A stretch of DNA of 64,000 bases from Lytechinus pictus (Eukaryota), in NCBI RefSeq assembly GCF_037042905.1, contig NC_087251.1:2482001-2546000 (forward strand), in the 5' to 3' direction. Numbering within the stretch: position 1 is the stretch's first letter; each line of letters begins with the position of its first letter. Made by a program: the position numbers and the translations under genes. The notes below the pieces were generated by a model. The model had not been told where the DNA came from. It did no database searches and saw nothing but the letters and a program-made list of their open reading frames with translations. Of the stretch, positions 40,507 to 54,021 are shown in pieces.

Positions 40507-43033
40507 TGCATCTTTTTAATTTACATCATAATTATGACTTATATCAAATGGGAAGTGATATGAAAGAAAGTACTTCTTCTACTTAAATTGACCCGATGAA
40601 TGTAGGATAAGTGATTAATAGAAAGGATTACCAACCTGGATCAACAAGGAGCTTTCATCAGCTGGATTGACAAGTATTAAGGTAAGAATATTTCCTGATT
40701 TGAGTTCTATAGTTCATCGGTTCTTTTTCTTCATCTCATTTATGTTTCTATTTTTGTTATTGTTTTTTCATTGTTAGTGTTGTGTTATTGCTTTTATTGT
40801 AAGTTGTAGTAGTAGTACAAGTACGAGTGTTTTGTTACACTTATCAAAGATGGGTTGGATTCAGATTTTTTAAACATTTGGTTCTAAGGAGTGATTGCAA
40901 AATATGGAACTTTTGCTGTAGGTCACTTCAGTACATACTGGTACACTGCTGTATAGAGAGAGATGGGGGGAGGGGGTTACAAATATGAATATTTTCTATA
41001 ATACATTGTAAAGCACTTGATGTCAAACACCTGTACCTATTATGATTCGCTACCCATGTAAAGGTATTTGATGTAAACCTTCAGCTGGCTATCCCTTATG
41101 TTTAGTATTGACAGATTGACTCGAGCAATAGTTCTGCCATTGAGGACATATGGGGTTATTCACACTTGGCAAATGCAATGGTTTAGTATTGGATCAGAGT
41201 CTATTCAGCATATTCATACATATAAACAACAAATATAAATGATAGGATAAGGAGAGTGATATGGAAGGGGGGTCTCTCTTTGCTATTCATATCTGGGCAA
41301 GTGTGTAATGATTTAACAGTAATATACACAAAATTCTATAATGAATAATCATAGTTTAATAGCCATCCCTCAATTCACTGATAAGTAGGCCTAGGCCTTA
41401 TCTGTGATAATGAATCCTCTATCAATGGTTGAATATTACCTCTTTGTCCTAGTGTGAATACCTGTATAGACTGTTATTTTGCTAAACAATGGAAAATTGA
41501 AGCATCTATGACGGTGGTGAGATATTTATGGTTCATCTTGGACAGGAAATATACTATAATTTTCATGTCCACCCTGGGAATATGCCTGTTATGAACTTTT
41601 ACTGTAGAAATATTGTATAATCTCATGCATAAGGCTGCAAGTTGTTGTTTTCTGAATTAGTTCCTGACTTTGGAAGCCCCAAAATGTATCAATGTGATAA
41701 AGATCTCTTTAGATCATAAATAAGCAAGTAAAATCAGTGATAGGTTATGGGCATGATGATAGTGGATAGATAGTGGTTCCACTCAAATTTAGCTCAAAAG
41801 TAGAAGTGGATCAATTTTATTGACTCAATGCAGTAGAATATATATCTCTGTTTCCATCATATCAACACCTTCAAGACTGTTTTATACTACTTTTTTAAAA
41901 ATAGAAATAGACAAGCCACTTTTATGAGTACCCCTATTCTGGCCCATGGTTCAATGAAAGTTACAAATATTTATGCAACCACACATAAATCACCACCATC
42001 TTCCTTTCTGTCTTGATGCATTCAAGTCACTTTTAAGGCATATATCAACTTTGTGAGTATCCATTAAAACTATGTGGCAAACTTTGTATTAACTTAAGAA
42101 AAAAGTCTGGATCTAACACAAATTTATATAAAATGCTTTGGATAAGACAAATGGGCAATTTTGGGACATTCTATATTAATTCACCAGCACAACAAAGATT
42201 TTTTTTTTTCATTTTGAAACGAGGTTTACTTGGATGTTGAATTAATGAAACACACAGATTTGAGTGTTAAATTGTAGTTATATTTTAGCTTAAGCTAGTC
42301 GTCTTGTTCTTTTGATCTTTGCCTTAAACCTTTGAAACTTTCTCTGTAACACTTTGCCTTTAATTTTAAGTTATTATTGATCATTTACAGACATATCCAA
42401 AGTACATGTATATTATTGAGTGCATTATATCAGCTTCAAATGATGTTAATGCCGTATTATAATGTTCATTTTCTAATGTTTATAATCTTTTCAGGCTTTG
42501 CTGAGAGATTCTGAACCATTGTACATCTGATGTGTCCTTCCATCAAGAGGGCTAATTTTGGTATGATTGTCATTCCATTAATTTAACTTCAGGAATTTTT
42601 ACTCAAATAATTGCAAGGTTATGATGAAAGCTTTGTCACATTTAACCTCAATCTGACGTTTATAAGACAAACATCCTGACTGATTGGGCTAAAAATAATT
42701 CAACGCTGTCATTCAAAACAGTTCAGTCATGATTTTATTGTTGTATTATAATGAGAACAGACGGCTATAATAATACATTGCGTGTTATGAGTATATATTT
42801 TTATTAATAGGCTTACTATTAGTCTTTGTAAAGAATAATCAAGGCAAGTGACGATGCAAAAGTGATTGAAAAGATATTAAGAAAAGTGATTAAAATGTGA
42901 GTACTTAAAAGGCAATAAGAGGATCAAGACACGATAAGCCTACTTTGTCACTTATACAAACTTTGTTTAGAAATCCATTTATTTTATTCACCAAACAATT
43001 AAAGTATTGGCAGGTATAGCTCATCATTCAGTA

Positions 43034-43274
43034 AGGGATGCACCATTTGATATCCAGGGGGGCTGGAAGTTTTTCCCCAAAAAAATTGCCTTGCTATATG
43101 AGCCAAAAAAAAACAAACTTGACTCACCATCAGAGTAAAATATAAAAACCTTGGTTTACTGACAAATCATCTGAAAGGTGAAAAAAAAACAATAAAAGAA
43201 GAAAGGAAAAAAAATTGCATCAATCCAAACTTACAGCCCCCCCCCCCCCCCTCAGTATATAATGGTCTGTCCCT
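43034..43274. mobile_element. Degenerate short MITE
   Basis: AGGGATGCACCATTTGATATCCAGGGGGG...CCCCCCCTCAGTATATAATGGTCTGTCCCT imperfect TIRs. Confidence 0.6.
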
Positions 43275-43587
43275 AAAAACCATGGCCTTTCCTTTCTTGG
43301 CACAATTGCCACTTTCATACACTAAAAAACATTCAAAATATACCATGATGAATTATCTGTAAATAATAAAACTTTGAGATTGTGAATTATCTAGCATTTA
43401 GTGCATCAATTAAGAAAACAAAGGGAAATCAAACCTTTTTATTAACATGGTATGTGTGAAACAAGCAAATTAAGACAGAGAGCATGTTCAAAGTTTGGAA
43501 GAAATTGGACATTCCTGGAGTTTAGACTGTAAATGCAGACATATGAGACATAATTATTTAGTGTATAAATTGCAAGTTTGAGACTGA

Positions 43588-43985
43588 TACCCCTTTCATA
43601 AACCCAATAAAACCCAATTATGCGGCTAATAGCAGCATAATTTGGTCGTAAAATCAGAGGAGGACAAGAGTTATCCGCATTATTCTGATGCTGCTATTAT
43701 CCGCATAATAGCGGCATCGGGACAAGATTTTGAGTTTATGAACGTATTTCCAAATAATGCGGATAATTGCCATGGTGCGGTCATAAGGTCACCCTTTTCC
43801 AACGCAACCGCATCGGAGGGGTGTGTCCAGTTGTCATGACGATTATCCGCCTTTTCAGGACGGGCGCTCGTAAAAATAATGCGGATAATTTTCGGAGTTT
43901 GTGAACGCAATTTTTATTGAATTATCCGCATTACTCTTAGGCGGCTAATTGGAGGATAGGTTTTATTGGGTTTATGAAAGGGGTA
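43588..43985 (-). mobile_element. PIF/Harbinger-like MITE family A, copy 3, inverted
   Basis: TGA|TACCCCTTTCATAAACCCA...GAAAGGGGTA|TGA; interior is the reverse complement of 29161-29540. Confidence 0.92.
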
Positions 43986-45391
43986 TGACTTGTTACTTGA
44001 ACACCAGCCTTGTACAGATTAAGCAAATTCTTTCACGGGTTTGGTCATGACCAGTCAACTTTCGGCATTATAATAAAGTAGAAACCATCATGAACTAGAA
44101 CGTTATAGCTCCCCCTGTGGTGAAGTATGTTGAGTTTCTATTGTTTCATGATTGACTTTCATGGCCTTCTAACCTATGATGGTTAGAGTAGCTTCATTCG
44201 GGTGGGTCTTCATCAGAACATGGATCCAAGTAGAAGAAGTGGTTGATCTTGCCTGCTTCATGGTGGATCAGCTAGCTGAAGCAAACTTTAGTTTGTATAG
44301 CATCTTCATCGGAATGAAGTCAGACAGAATGCTCAACCCTGAGGTTGCATGCATACGTATTAAGGTGATGATTGGGCTGCATGAACTCAGACTGTGGCAT
44401 GGTCTGGTGAAGACGCCCAGCAAAATGTGACAATCTGTGGTTACACAGGCTATAAAATCAGAAAATCCAAAATGTTTTGGGCTGAGTTTTTGAGAAAAAC
44501 AGCAGACTAGAGCAAGAAATGAGCCCTATATTTTATCATCAGGTGAAACCTGCTCCAGGCTGACAAAGCTATTAGGCCTACATTGTTTCCAATGACATAG
44601 GCCTATATCTTGGTTCAGTTTGGGTTCGGTTTCATTGGTGTGACTATCATTATTGATAGGATCAGTAATAGTGGGTGAGAGCACCAACTTCATTCTGATG
44701 AAGACACTCCCAAAGCTACATCTTGAGGTAATTTCATCTGCATTTGGGTTCTTGCCAAGGGTGATGTGATCAGAGTATGATCTTATCAACAGAGCTGAAA
44801 GATTGGAAAGAAAATACCCTTACCATACAAACTAGATATAGTCTGAAGGAATCAATATTCTTCGTTGGAAACTTGATCATTTTCATTTGTTGACTGTGAT
44901 ATTCCAACCCCCAATGCTCAGGAGAAAGTTCTGTCTAGAAGATAAGAATCTTGTTATGATGACAAACTCAAAGATTGTTTCTTGAATTGACTTTTGAGTA
45001 AGAACTTCAAAATGATTTTCATCATGATATACCACTAGAAATATCAGTCAGGTTGCATGTTGTGCTGTTTACTAAAAATGCTTTAATCCATGCATTTCAT
45101 GATATTTTTGCAAACTTGCACCCTCATCGACTCATCGTGATGTTACCCTTTGCATTTACCCTGAGAGATTGGTTACAATAGTGTACGCCTTGCATAAATC
45201 ATTGTGATGCCTTTTCAAAGCGATTTCAAACCCTGGTTAAACACTTCAGCTCTCCTAGGATCTCACTTGTACATCATCTGATAAATTCTTATTCTTCACT
45301 TCACCTGGGATTCATTGTTCAGTTCAATATTTCATATATTTTTCAATTCCTACTTATTGCATGTGCTATCCAGAACAAAAGCTGTTGACCC

Positions 45392-45615
45392 CAGGGGCGG
45401 ATCCAGAATTTTCCAAAGGGGGGGCACATTTTCCTGAGGAAAATTTTGACAAGCAAAAAAAAAGCACATTTCGTCCACGAAAACATTTGACAAGCAAAAA
45501 AAAAAGGTCTTCACTTTCAAAAGGGGGGCACACTTATGTTTTAACAGCATTTTTACATTACAAATTTTAATTGTGCCTCTCAAAGGGGGGGGGGGGCACA
45601 GGCCGGCTTTGCCCT
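45392..45615 (+). mobile_element. hAT-like MITE fragment with CAGGGGCGGATCCAG terminus
   Basis: CAG terminus, internal GGGGGGCAC and TTTGACAAGCAAAAAAAAA repeats, right TIR missing. A similar end occurs at 61550. Confidence 0.6.
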
Positions 45616-48600
45616 TTAGTATGAAAATAACTATAGAACTATATGAACCATACTTTTTCAGAATAATAAGCCTTATTTAGTTTTCAAATCAACCAGCGTT
45701 TATGTCATTTTCCAAACAAATATTTGGAATAGCGAACCTTCTGAATATCAAACCTGAAAAAGAGCCTGAACCCTATATCACTCTCTGACTGTAACTACCT
45801 CCATGCTGTAACCTTCACTAACCTGTATTTGTGTTTTGCCTGTCTGTTAATTCATTCATTCTTTCAAAACTCAGAGATGCAAACTAAAAGTCAGTGGTTA
45901 TGACATTTATAAAAACAATAGTATCTGGTATATCACTCACTACTGGTTTTTCTTTTCATTCATTGCCTTATCTCTCTGCTAGTACCTTTCCTGATGTTAT
46001 TCTCGGAACGGCACATGACCTATTTTAGTCTATCTTTATAATCATTATAATATTGTTTGTCTGCCATTGTGGTTTAAACTAACTAGTCTATCCAAACAGT
46101 CACTGATTGTGAACAAACGACATTACCGCAGAAAAGTATTAACAATGATTATCTTTCTGAAAATTGAAAAATGTAATATGCATTATTGTTATTATAGGTA
46201 CAGTTGTCAATTAAGGAAAATTGTCTATAACTTTTCAGGATTTTTTCAAGGTGATATATTATGTTTGTGTGAAAACTCCAGTTTGGAACTTATAGGATAT
46301 CATTACAATGAGGAGAAAGTGGTGTGTTCACATCAGCAAGAGGTTTAAACAAAATCAGGATTTTAACCAGGTCAATACTACCCCCCCCCCCCAAATAACC
46401 AGCAGCCAAAAAAAATATGTATCAGTTAAATCCAGCAGTAAGCAAAAGAGGCGTGGCAATCTCTCGGGTTGACATGCCTGTTACCAAGTAATAGGGAGTT
46501 TTAGAATTTAACTGGTATGAGATGACATTGTTTTAAGTCATTGTGCATGTGTCATGTCCTAAGATATGTAAAAAAGGATTAAAGTAAGTGGAAGAACAAG
46601 TGTACACAAGTCGCACCCTCACAATGCCCAACCAGTTTGTGAAGTGATGGTACACCAGATCCCCTTGGTTTGGGAGTGTATCGTGGCTCGTTTGCTATCA
46701 CGCTGTTTCATATTAACCTTTTACAGACATATGTTTAAGTATGCATCAAGTCAAATGTAAAATCTGTATCTGTTGGCATTTGACGGTAGTTGACAAACTT
46801 GATAAGTCAAATGGAACACCCCTCTCTTCAACGATGCTCTAACTCCCTACTGATAATACACTTGCCAACATGTTTAGATCTGTGTTGGCAGTTTTTCATC
46901 ATACTTGTGTTTCATTCAAAGTAAAGATTCCCTTATTGCACAGCAGGTTTACATAATATAAGTAATGATTATCATCATTATCAATAGACCTTTATAAAGC
47001 ACCATCTATCTAGAAATATCTCAAATAAATATGATTTTCAGTAATTTGACTGCTTTCTTTGCAAGTGTATACTGATTAATGGCTGATGATTGTCTCACAA
47101 AAATTAGTGGAGTGAGCAAATGTTGCAGGTATTTTCAAGAAATTTTTGTCTGCACTGGTATGTTATCATTGATGTAAACCAGTAGTTGATTTGTTATCTG
47201 ACGGCAGACTGTGGAACAGTGATGATGAAGAGGTCTGAAGGTGACGTAGACTAGGGGTTGTCCCAGCGGTCCACTGGCCTTGGATCTAGAACCCAACGAG
47301 AGCCAGGATGTCCGTTACAAGGGTCCTGTTCTGTTTATCCGCAGACACTCCAACTTCCTGTCAGGAAGGACTCACAATGCATCGTGGGAATGGGGGAATT
47401 TGGCCGCAAGCCTCACCTCTTCCCTTGTTACTTTTCATTGCTAGCTCAAGATCAGGAATAGAAGATTACGATCTGTTTTCGTCCACTAAGGGGTAAGGGT
47501 AGTTTGTCCCTTTTTTTCCTTTTTTTTTTATTTTGCAGTTGAGAAAAAGATACAGTCTTTGTATTAGCAGTGAACTTTTGTAAATTGTTTTTGCTCTATA
47601 AATATAAAAAGTGAAAATTTTGTTTAATGTGCCAAACTAGACGTAATTATGTGCCTTGAAAAAAAATTACCTGATACTCTTTGATTAAGAAATCTTTCCT
47701 TATTTATCCTTATCAGAAATACTAGCTACATTACCAGTGTGAAAGAAAATCAATGGTACTAAAAAAAGAAAATGAGGTTTTTTAGTACATGGTTTGTTTT
47801 ATCAACATACACAGTTGCAATTTACATCATTGGCATATCTATGGCGCTGCTTAGCTTTCTGCCCCCTCCCCTCCAAGCAACCCTTGGTTAATTTTTCTAG
47901 ACCTGGGTAATTAGCAGGGTAGTAAAATACTGGGTGTGATAAACAAAAATTTCAGCACACTATTTGTTTCGTAATCTGTTCCACTAAATTTAAGGAAGAT
48001 CACCATATCAACCATATGCAAATAAGAAGTGGCCAACCCAAAAGCATCAAATTAGAATACAGCATTATCACTTATTTCTTTCAACATTTTTGATACAATA
48101 GCTAGGTTACACAAAGCTTGCTGTAATTATTTTTTCAACATTATCATATTTGCTATCAAGTAAATAATAGATCAAATATATTTCAATTCACACACAAGTT
48201 AAGCTGTTGTTTACTGGAACCGGTGATGTCATGTACAAAGCCAATGGGACTGAAAGCATTCAGCAGGTAACAGGTAAAAGTGGGTTCAAATGTGATTGGG
48301 AGAGTTTTGTATATAGGCTATCTTGGTTGTAATCAGTTTGACCTATCTATCATAGTATGTTCACATCAGATGAAGATAGCACTGGTATTGATTATTATCA
48401 GTTTTAATGTGCAATTGTATTTTTGTACTTTTTTTAATAAAAACATCTAAGATAGCGTAAGAACATGTATAATTTGGTTTGTTACTGCAGGCTTTTTTTG
48501 TATTAACTTTCTGTTTGGGTAATCTTGGGCTTTTTAAAACTGAATCAGATGATAAAGTTTATCTATCACTAAATCTGACAATGAATTCTAACTTTGAAAA

Positions 48601-51600
48601 TGAAATCTTAATTTGTTACCATGGGATTCCTATGGGATTTGATATGTAAGAGTCTCTACATTACTTTTCATAATACAATAGTTACAATTATTTTCAACAA
48701 ATTTTAAAATATGCTATTACCCTTATTAATTTGCCAATGCTCATATCATTCCCCCTGCACCCTTGAAGTGGTTGTATACATTGACACCTCGTAATGATCT
48801 TATTGGTCATTTTGTGGTAGAGGGTCCTATTAATGATCAAGTATACTGTCCTTGATGTCAACTAATGACATACATAATATCTTTACCAGGGATGTATGTG
48901 TGTAGAGGTCAATGTTTGTCAACTACCCTCTCTCCTACCCGTTCACACCTGTTTCCTGACGTACCATTCCCTAACCACACTACCGTAAACCTCCCTCAAG
49001 AAGTATTTCAAGCCTCTGACTAACAATGTGCCAAAGATCTCCCACACCACAACATGTTCAATCTCTAGACATGAAAGGGTCTTCTTGTTTCTTAAACAAG
49101 TAGGCCTACATGTATCTGATTTGATTTAGAAAGGTGTAAACTCTGAAAGGTTTAGTAGTCTAGTGGTAGTTTAGCTCAATGCTTGGCTAGTGTGCAGTCA
49201 GGAGACTGATGGCTTTACATCCTGTCTGATAGACCTTGTATATTGAAATAAGTGCTGTACTAAAAGTCATTAAATGATTGGCTAGTCTGAGCAATTGTAA
49301 TAATTCATGTAGTCAAGTAATGTATGCTATCAAGTATCATATACTAAGGTTGAATGCAGTACATTGCTGAAGGAAGTTATAGGATATGAACTCAGTCATG
49401 ACCTTCTAAATGAAGCAGAGATTAACTGTATCATGGTGCTTCCCTGGGTGCTACCATGAAGCTGAAAGGCCACTCCAAATCCTTAGAGGGTACCGTAGGG
49501 CAGTGACACATTTACTTGGTTTCAAACATGGCTCAATTTTGTCTAGTAATGATTTGATTTATTGTCTTATATTAGTTGTCTGCTTCTAGGAGAGATTCAT
49601 ATGAAATAAAATACTTTCATCTTTCAAGATGTTTTGCCAGCCAGCTGTATTCTGAGACTGTGAACACACCTTGCGATGATGAGCGTTGAAAGGTTGTTTG
49701 ACACGTCAGCTTGCGAGATCTGTTTGAGTTGCCCTGCCCACCTGCTACAAGCTGTTGGCTGCTCATCAACCATCTATGTCATGTAACAATGATTAACGCT
49801 TGAGGTTGATGACTTTAGAACTCAGAAATAGACAGGTCAAAAGGATTATAATATAAACATCCTGTGGAATAATATTTCTATGCTGTTTTAATATTCATTA
49901 CATGAAGAATAATTTACAAGATGGAAGGGGTGAGAGTAATAAAGTCTTAATTAAAGTTCTGAACCTTCACAAAATAACCAATTGCCAGTCTTTATAAGAA
50001 TATTTTTAATTGATTGGTAAATGCTCTGTAACCGCTTTACCTCATTTATTAGAGGAATGAGATTGGAGGGGGGGGGGGCCTTTCTACATACCTCCCCTAA
50101 ACATAATTTAGCACATATACAGTTTCATTTAAAGTAGATTGTGTTACAATGGGTCTCTTGTCACTTGTACTATGTCACAATAACCATGGACATAATAAGT
50201 ATTGTAGGATTAATGTTTAACATGGTGAATTCATGAAAGTGACTTTGTGGAAGTCATGAATGTTGCTAACACATGTTGTACCCTTGACTTTATTTAACAA
50301 ACACTAAAATTGTCAGGATTATTGATCCTGATGCCAAGATAGATGACATGCATGTTTACTTACCGCTGTTTCATGTTTATATCTCTCTTGATCTTTATTA
50401 CTTTCTCAATTCATTTTAAATGTAGGTCTATGTGATGCAAGATATTCTTAACCATCAATTGACTTTGATGTTTCAATTTTTAATGGCTGAATTATCTGGT
50501 TAAAGATACTTTACAACTTGGTTGTAATCATAATTTTTATTTTGCTCAGTCATGGATTGAATACTTGACTTTCTTGTTCATTAAGCAGGAGTTGAACCAA
50601 TGTGCCAATCTCTTACTGACTCTTTAATAGTATACAGAGTTGTCAACCTAGTTCTTTCTAATGGTGAAAATTGTATTGCCTAAATCCTTGTCACCGGGGG
50701 ATTAGGGGATCCCAAATTTGTTGGTTTTCAAGATTTAAATTAAAAACAATATGATTTCCTTTCTTTTGTAAGTGTTGATTTAATAGTCAGTTGGGTGTGA
50801 TATTGCATTTAGTTCTGGTCAGAAACGTTGATTGTTAAATGATTCTAACCAGCACTGACAACTAAAGTGACAACGCTGGTAGTATTGTACAATTAATCAG
50901 TTATGATGTTGGTCCAAGAGCAAATTTTATATAATGGTGCAATACTTGTGGTATGGGAGGGTACTAACTATGAGCATGTCTAATTGATTGAGTTTCATGT
51001 TAACTGTCAGTTAAAATAATCCTTGCCAAGATTAAATCATTCTTTCCTTGAAAAGGATGAAAAAGAAATGTGAAGGCAGTAATATGAAGGAAAAAAAAAG
51101 ACTTGAAAAATAAAATGAGTTAGGAGTAAGACGTAGAAGGAAATCCTTAGCAGACGAGTCAGTCATTCAACCACCAAATGAATTCAATTGGATCAAACAG
51201 GATATCCTCTCATATCAAAGAAAAGGACTGAAACCAACACAATAATTGGAGCTTAAAGGGATATCCGACCATGGCTGTTAATTTCTCTACATCAAATATA
51301 AAAATAATAAACTTAGTTAGGTAGGCTGGTAAATGTCTTTTCGTCTATTATTTATCACAGAAAGGGTAATGAATTAAGGATTTGTCATTGTGAGAGGAAA
51401 AGTTGCAACTTAAACATCCCAGGAGGGCTTTTTTCATAACCTTATTTTTTTATTGTTTCATTATTACATAGCTTAGATTGAAAACAGTGAAATAAAACAT
51501 AATCAGTTGTTGAAAATAATAAATGATAAAATTTTACTGCAAAAGAAACAGTGACATGAATTGTAATGCTATCATTGTTTCATATCCATACAATAAAAAC

Positions 51601-53243
51601 ATTTTATTAATTGTTGATGTTGACTTAATTGCTCCCATTTTATAGTGCATGTAGCTGTTGAATTAATTATCATTTTGCCAGTCATTTTTGTGGATGATTT
51701 TGTGATTTCCTGTCTTTGTCCTATGAAAGTAATTGAACCCTCGGAAATTAAATCAACTATCACAACCTTCGATATCTCATATTAAGTGGTTACGCTCCAA
51801 CATTTATTCATTGTGGTTCATTAAGAGTACACAAATATTTTTCTTTATTCTGGTAAATGAATGTCATTCATGAATAATTCTTGTATATAAAACATTCATC
51901 CAAAGTGGTCGAAAGTATCCATTGGTGTGTTTTCTTTATATACGAGCATAACTCTGATTCATGAATATTCATTTCAGATGTACTGGCCTGCTGAAATTTA
52001 CTGTTAACTTTCATTGAATCCTTGATTTTGATTGGCTCCTGAGTATTGTTACCATGGTCACGATGGTAGTTACATTCATATATTAAAGTTGTTGTTTTTT
52101 TCTCCCTTACAAAAGTATCAGGTTCATTGTTTCAAAGAATTCAGACAGCTGAATGGAGGGAGGAGGGGGGGGGGGCATTGATAAGAATCCAATGATGATA
52201 TTATGAGAAGAAGAAAGAATGGTAAAGGGTTAGGTCAAATCAAATGTAGTTCCACTCTCATCCAATCAAATGCATGCATTGGGATCGGTACTCCATTAAA
52301 AAAAAAATTGTGCTTGAACCTCAAACACAAGTCTCTTTCTCTTTGAATTAGACACTGGACTGTTTCGGAAGTGAGAAAATTGAACGTTTAAATTAATTTG
52401 AACTTGGGTATTTGTTTTGAAGTGGAAGGATCATTTTTTTATTGGTTCATTGATGTTATCAAGTGCTATATCTGTCAGAATGATTATAACCTTATAAAGT
52501 TCAACACAATGTCAACAGTACTGCTGTGCATGGAGTAAAAATTGGGTTTTATAGCAGAATATGGGAAAGAAACTTATAAATAGAATTCTGTTGCATCTAT
52601 TCTTTGCCTTCATATTGTATTAAATGTAATTGATTGATAATGACAACAACAGGATAACACTGTCCAGACAAGATTAAATCATAGTATTGTTCATGGAAAG
52701 TATAAGTGCCTGTTAGTATGAACAACAGTTGTTGGCGACGATCTCAGATCATGACCACTTACAATCCATGACATGACAAGTATAGGCCTATAACTACAAA
52801 TATTAAAGAAAGAAATCTACTGTATTCAAACTTTTGAATTTTATATTTCACCCATGAAAACCGATTAACATAATAAATTTCTTTTTATCATGAAAATCAA
52901 TTCCCCCTCTAAATTACTCCCCCCCCCCCCCTTTTCCTCACTCCTCACTTATCTCTCAATTTATTTTCCATTAGATCTCATTCTATCTTATCATTAATCA
53001 TAACAAGTTTAATCTATTTGATTGAATTCATTTCAAATTTAATTGAATGAAATTAAATTCATTTTTCTTCTTTTCACTTGCATAATCCATTCAATATAAT
53101 CTATAATTCATTTAAAATCTTTCTTCTAGTTATGCTTTCCGAACATATTCATAAGGGTTTCCTGAAAATTGACAAGCTATTTTGAATGAAAGCTGGAAAA
53201 GCACATGAATACTAATATGTTATATATGTTAATCGGTTTTCCT

Positions 53244-53536
53244 GGAGCGCTGTGACCCAGTGGATTAGTCTTCTGACTTTGAAACAGAGGGTCGTGGGTT
53301 CGAATCTCAGCCATGGTGTAATTTCCTTCAGCAAGAAATTCATCCACATTGTGCTGCACTCAACCCAGGTGAGGTGAATGGGTACCTGGCAGGAATTTAT
53401 TCCTTGAAATGCCACCGCGCTGTAAAAGGCTGCGGGGCTAAAGCCAGGGTAATAATATCCAAGTCCTTTGGAAGCGCATAGGGACGTTATGACATAATGT
53501 GATCTGCGCTATACAAGAACTGCATTATTATTATTA
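53244..53536 (+). mobile_element. tRNA-derived SINE, full length
   Basis: A box TGACCCAGTGG, B box GGTTCGAATCT, core GTGCTGCACTCAACCCAGGTGAGGTGAATGGGTACC, (ATT)n tail. Same family as 9886. Confidence 0.9.
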
Positions 53537-53994
53537 TGTCTAAAATAGTAACACTCTGTCTTTCAGGTGATGTAGTGGAAGTAAAACAAAATGCCTGTTT
53601 TTATCAACTTCTGGACACTATTCTTGCTTTCTAGATAAATTTGTGTTTTTTGGGGTTTTTTTATAGAATGACTTTAAAAATGCAAACTCTATCTTTCTTT
53701 ATTTTCAGATTGATAACAAAACAAAGTTCTTCTTGCACAGGTGACATGAATGATGAACCATCTTGCCTAGTCTTGAACTAGACACACCTTAATGTAATAA
53801 GAACTTAATGTGATTGACCTGGTAATAAGGCTACTTATTGACCTGATGAATCATTATAGTATCTAGAATATTTTGATGATTTGATAAAAGGTCACTTTAA
53901 AGAATCCTGCTTCCTGATTGGATTATAGTTTTACGAGACAATAAAAATAAAATAAAGTTGTGGTCATTTTAAAGGTACCATAACTCTGTCAAAT

Positions 53995-54021
53995 CATGGA
54001 CCTATTACGAATAGGTCCATG
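53995..54021. mobile_element. 27-bp palindrome with 7-bp TSD, second copy of the 38915 element
   Basis: GTCAAAT|CATGGACCTATTACGAATAGGTCCATG|GTCAAAT. Confidence 0.8.

Noticed and set aside
44185..44722. Hammerhead ribozyme-like CTGATGAAGAC motifs (minus strand near 44207-44217, plus strand near 44695)
   Set aside because: No GAAA core or stem II follows. At most a decayed relic; a covariance-model search would settle it.
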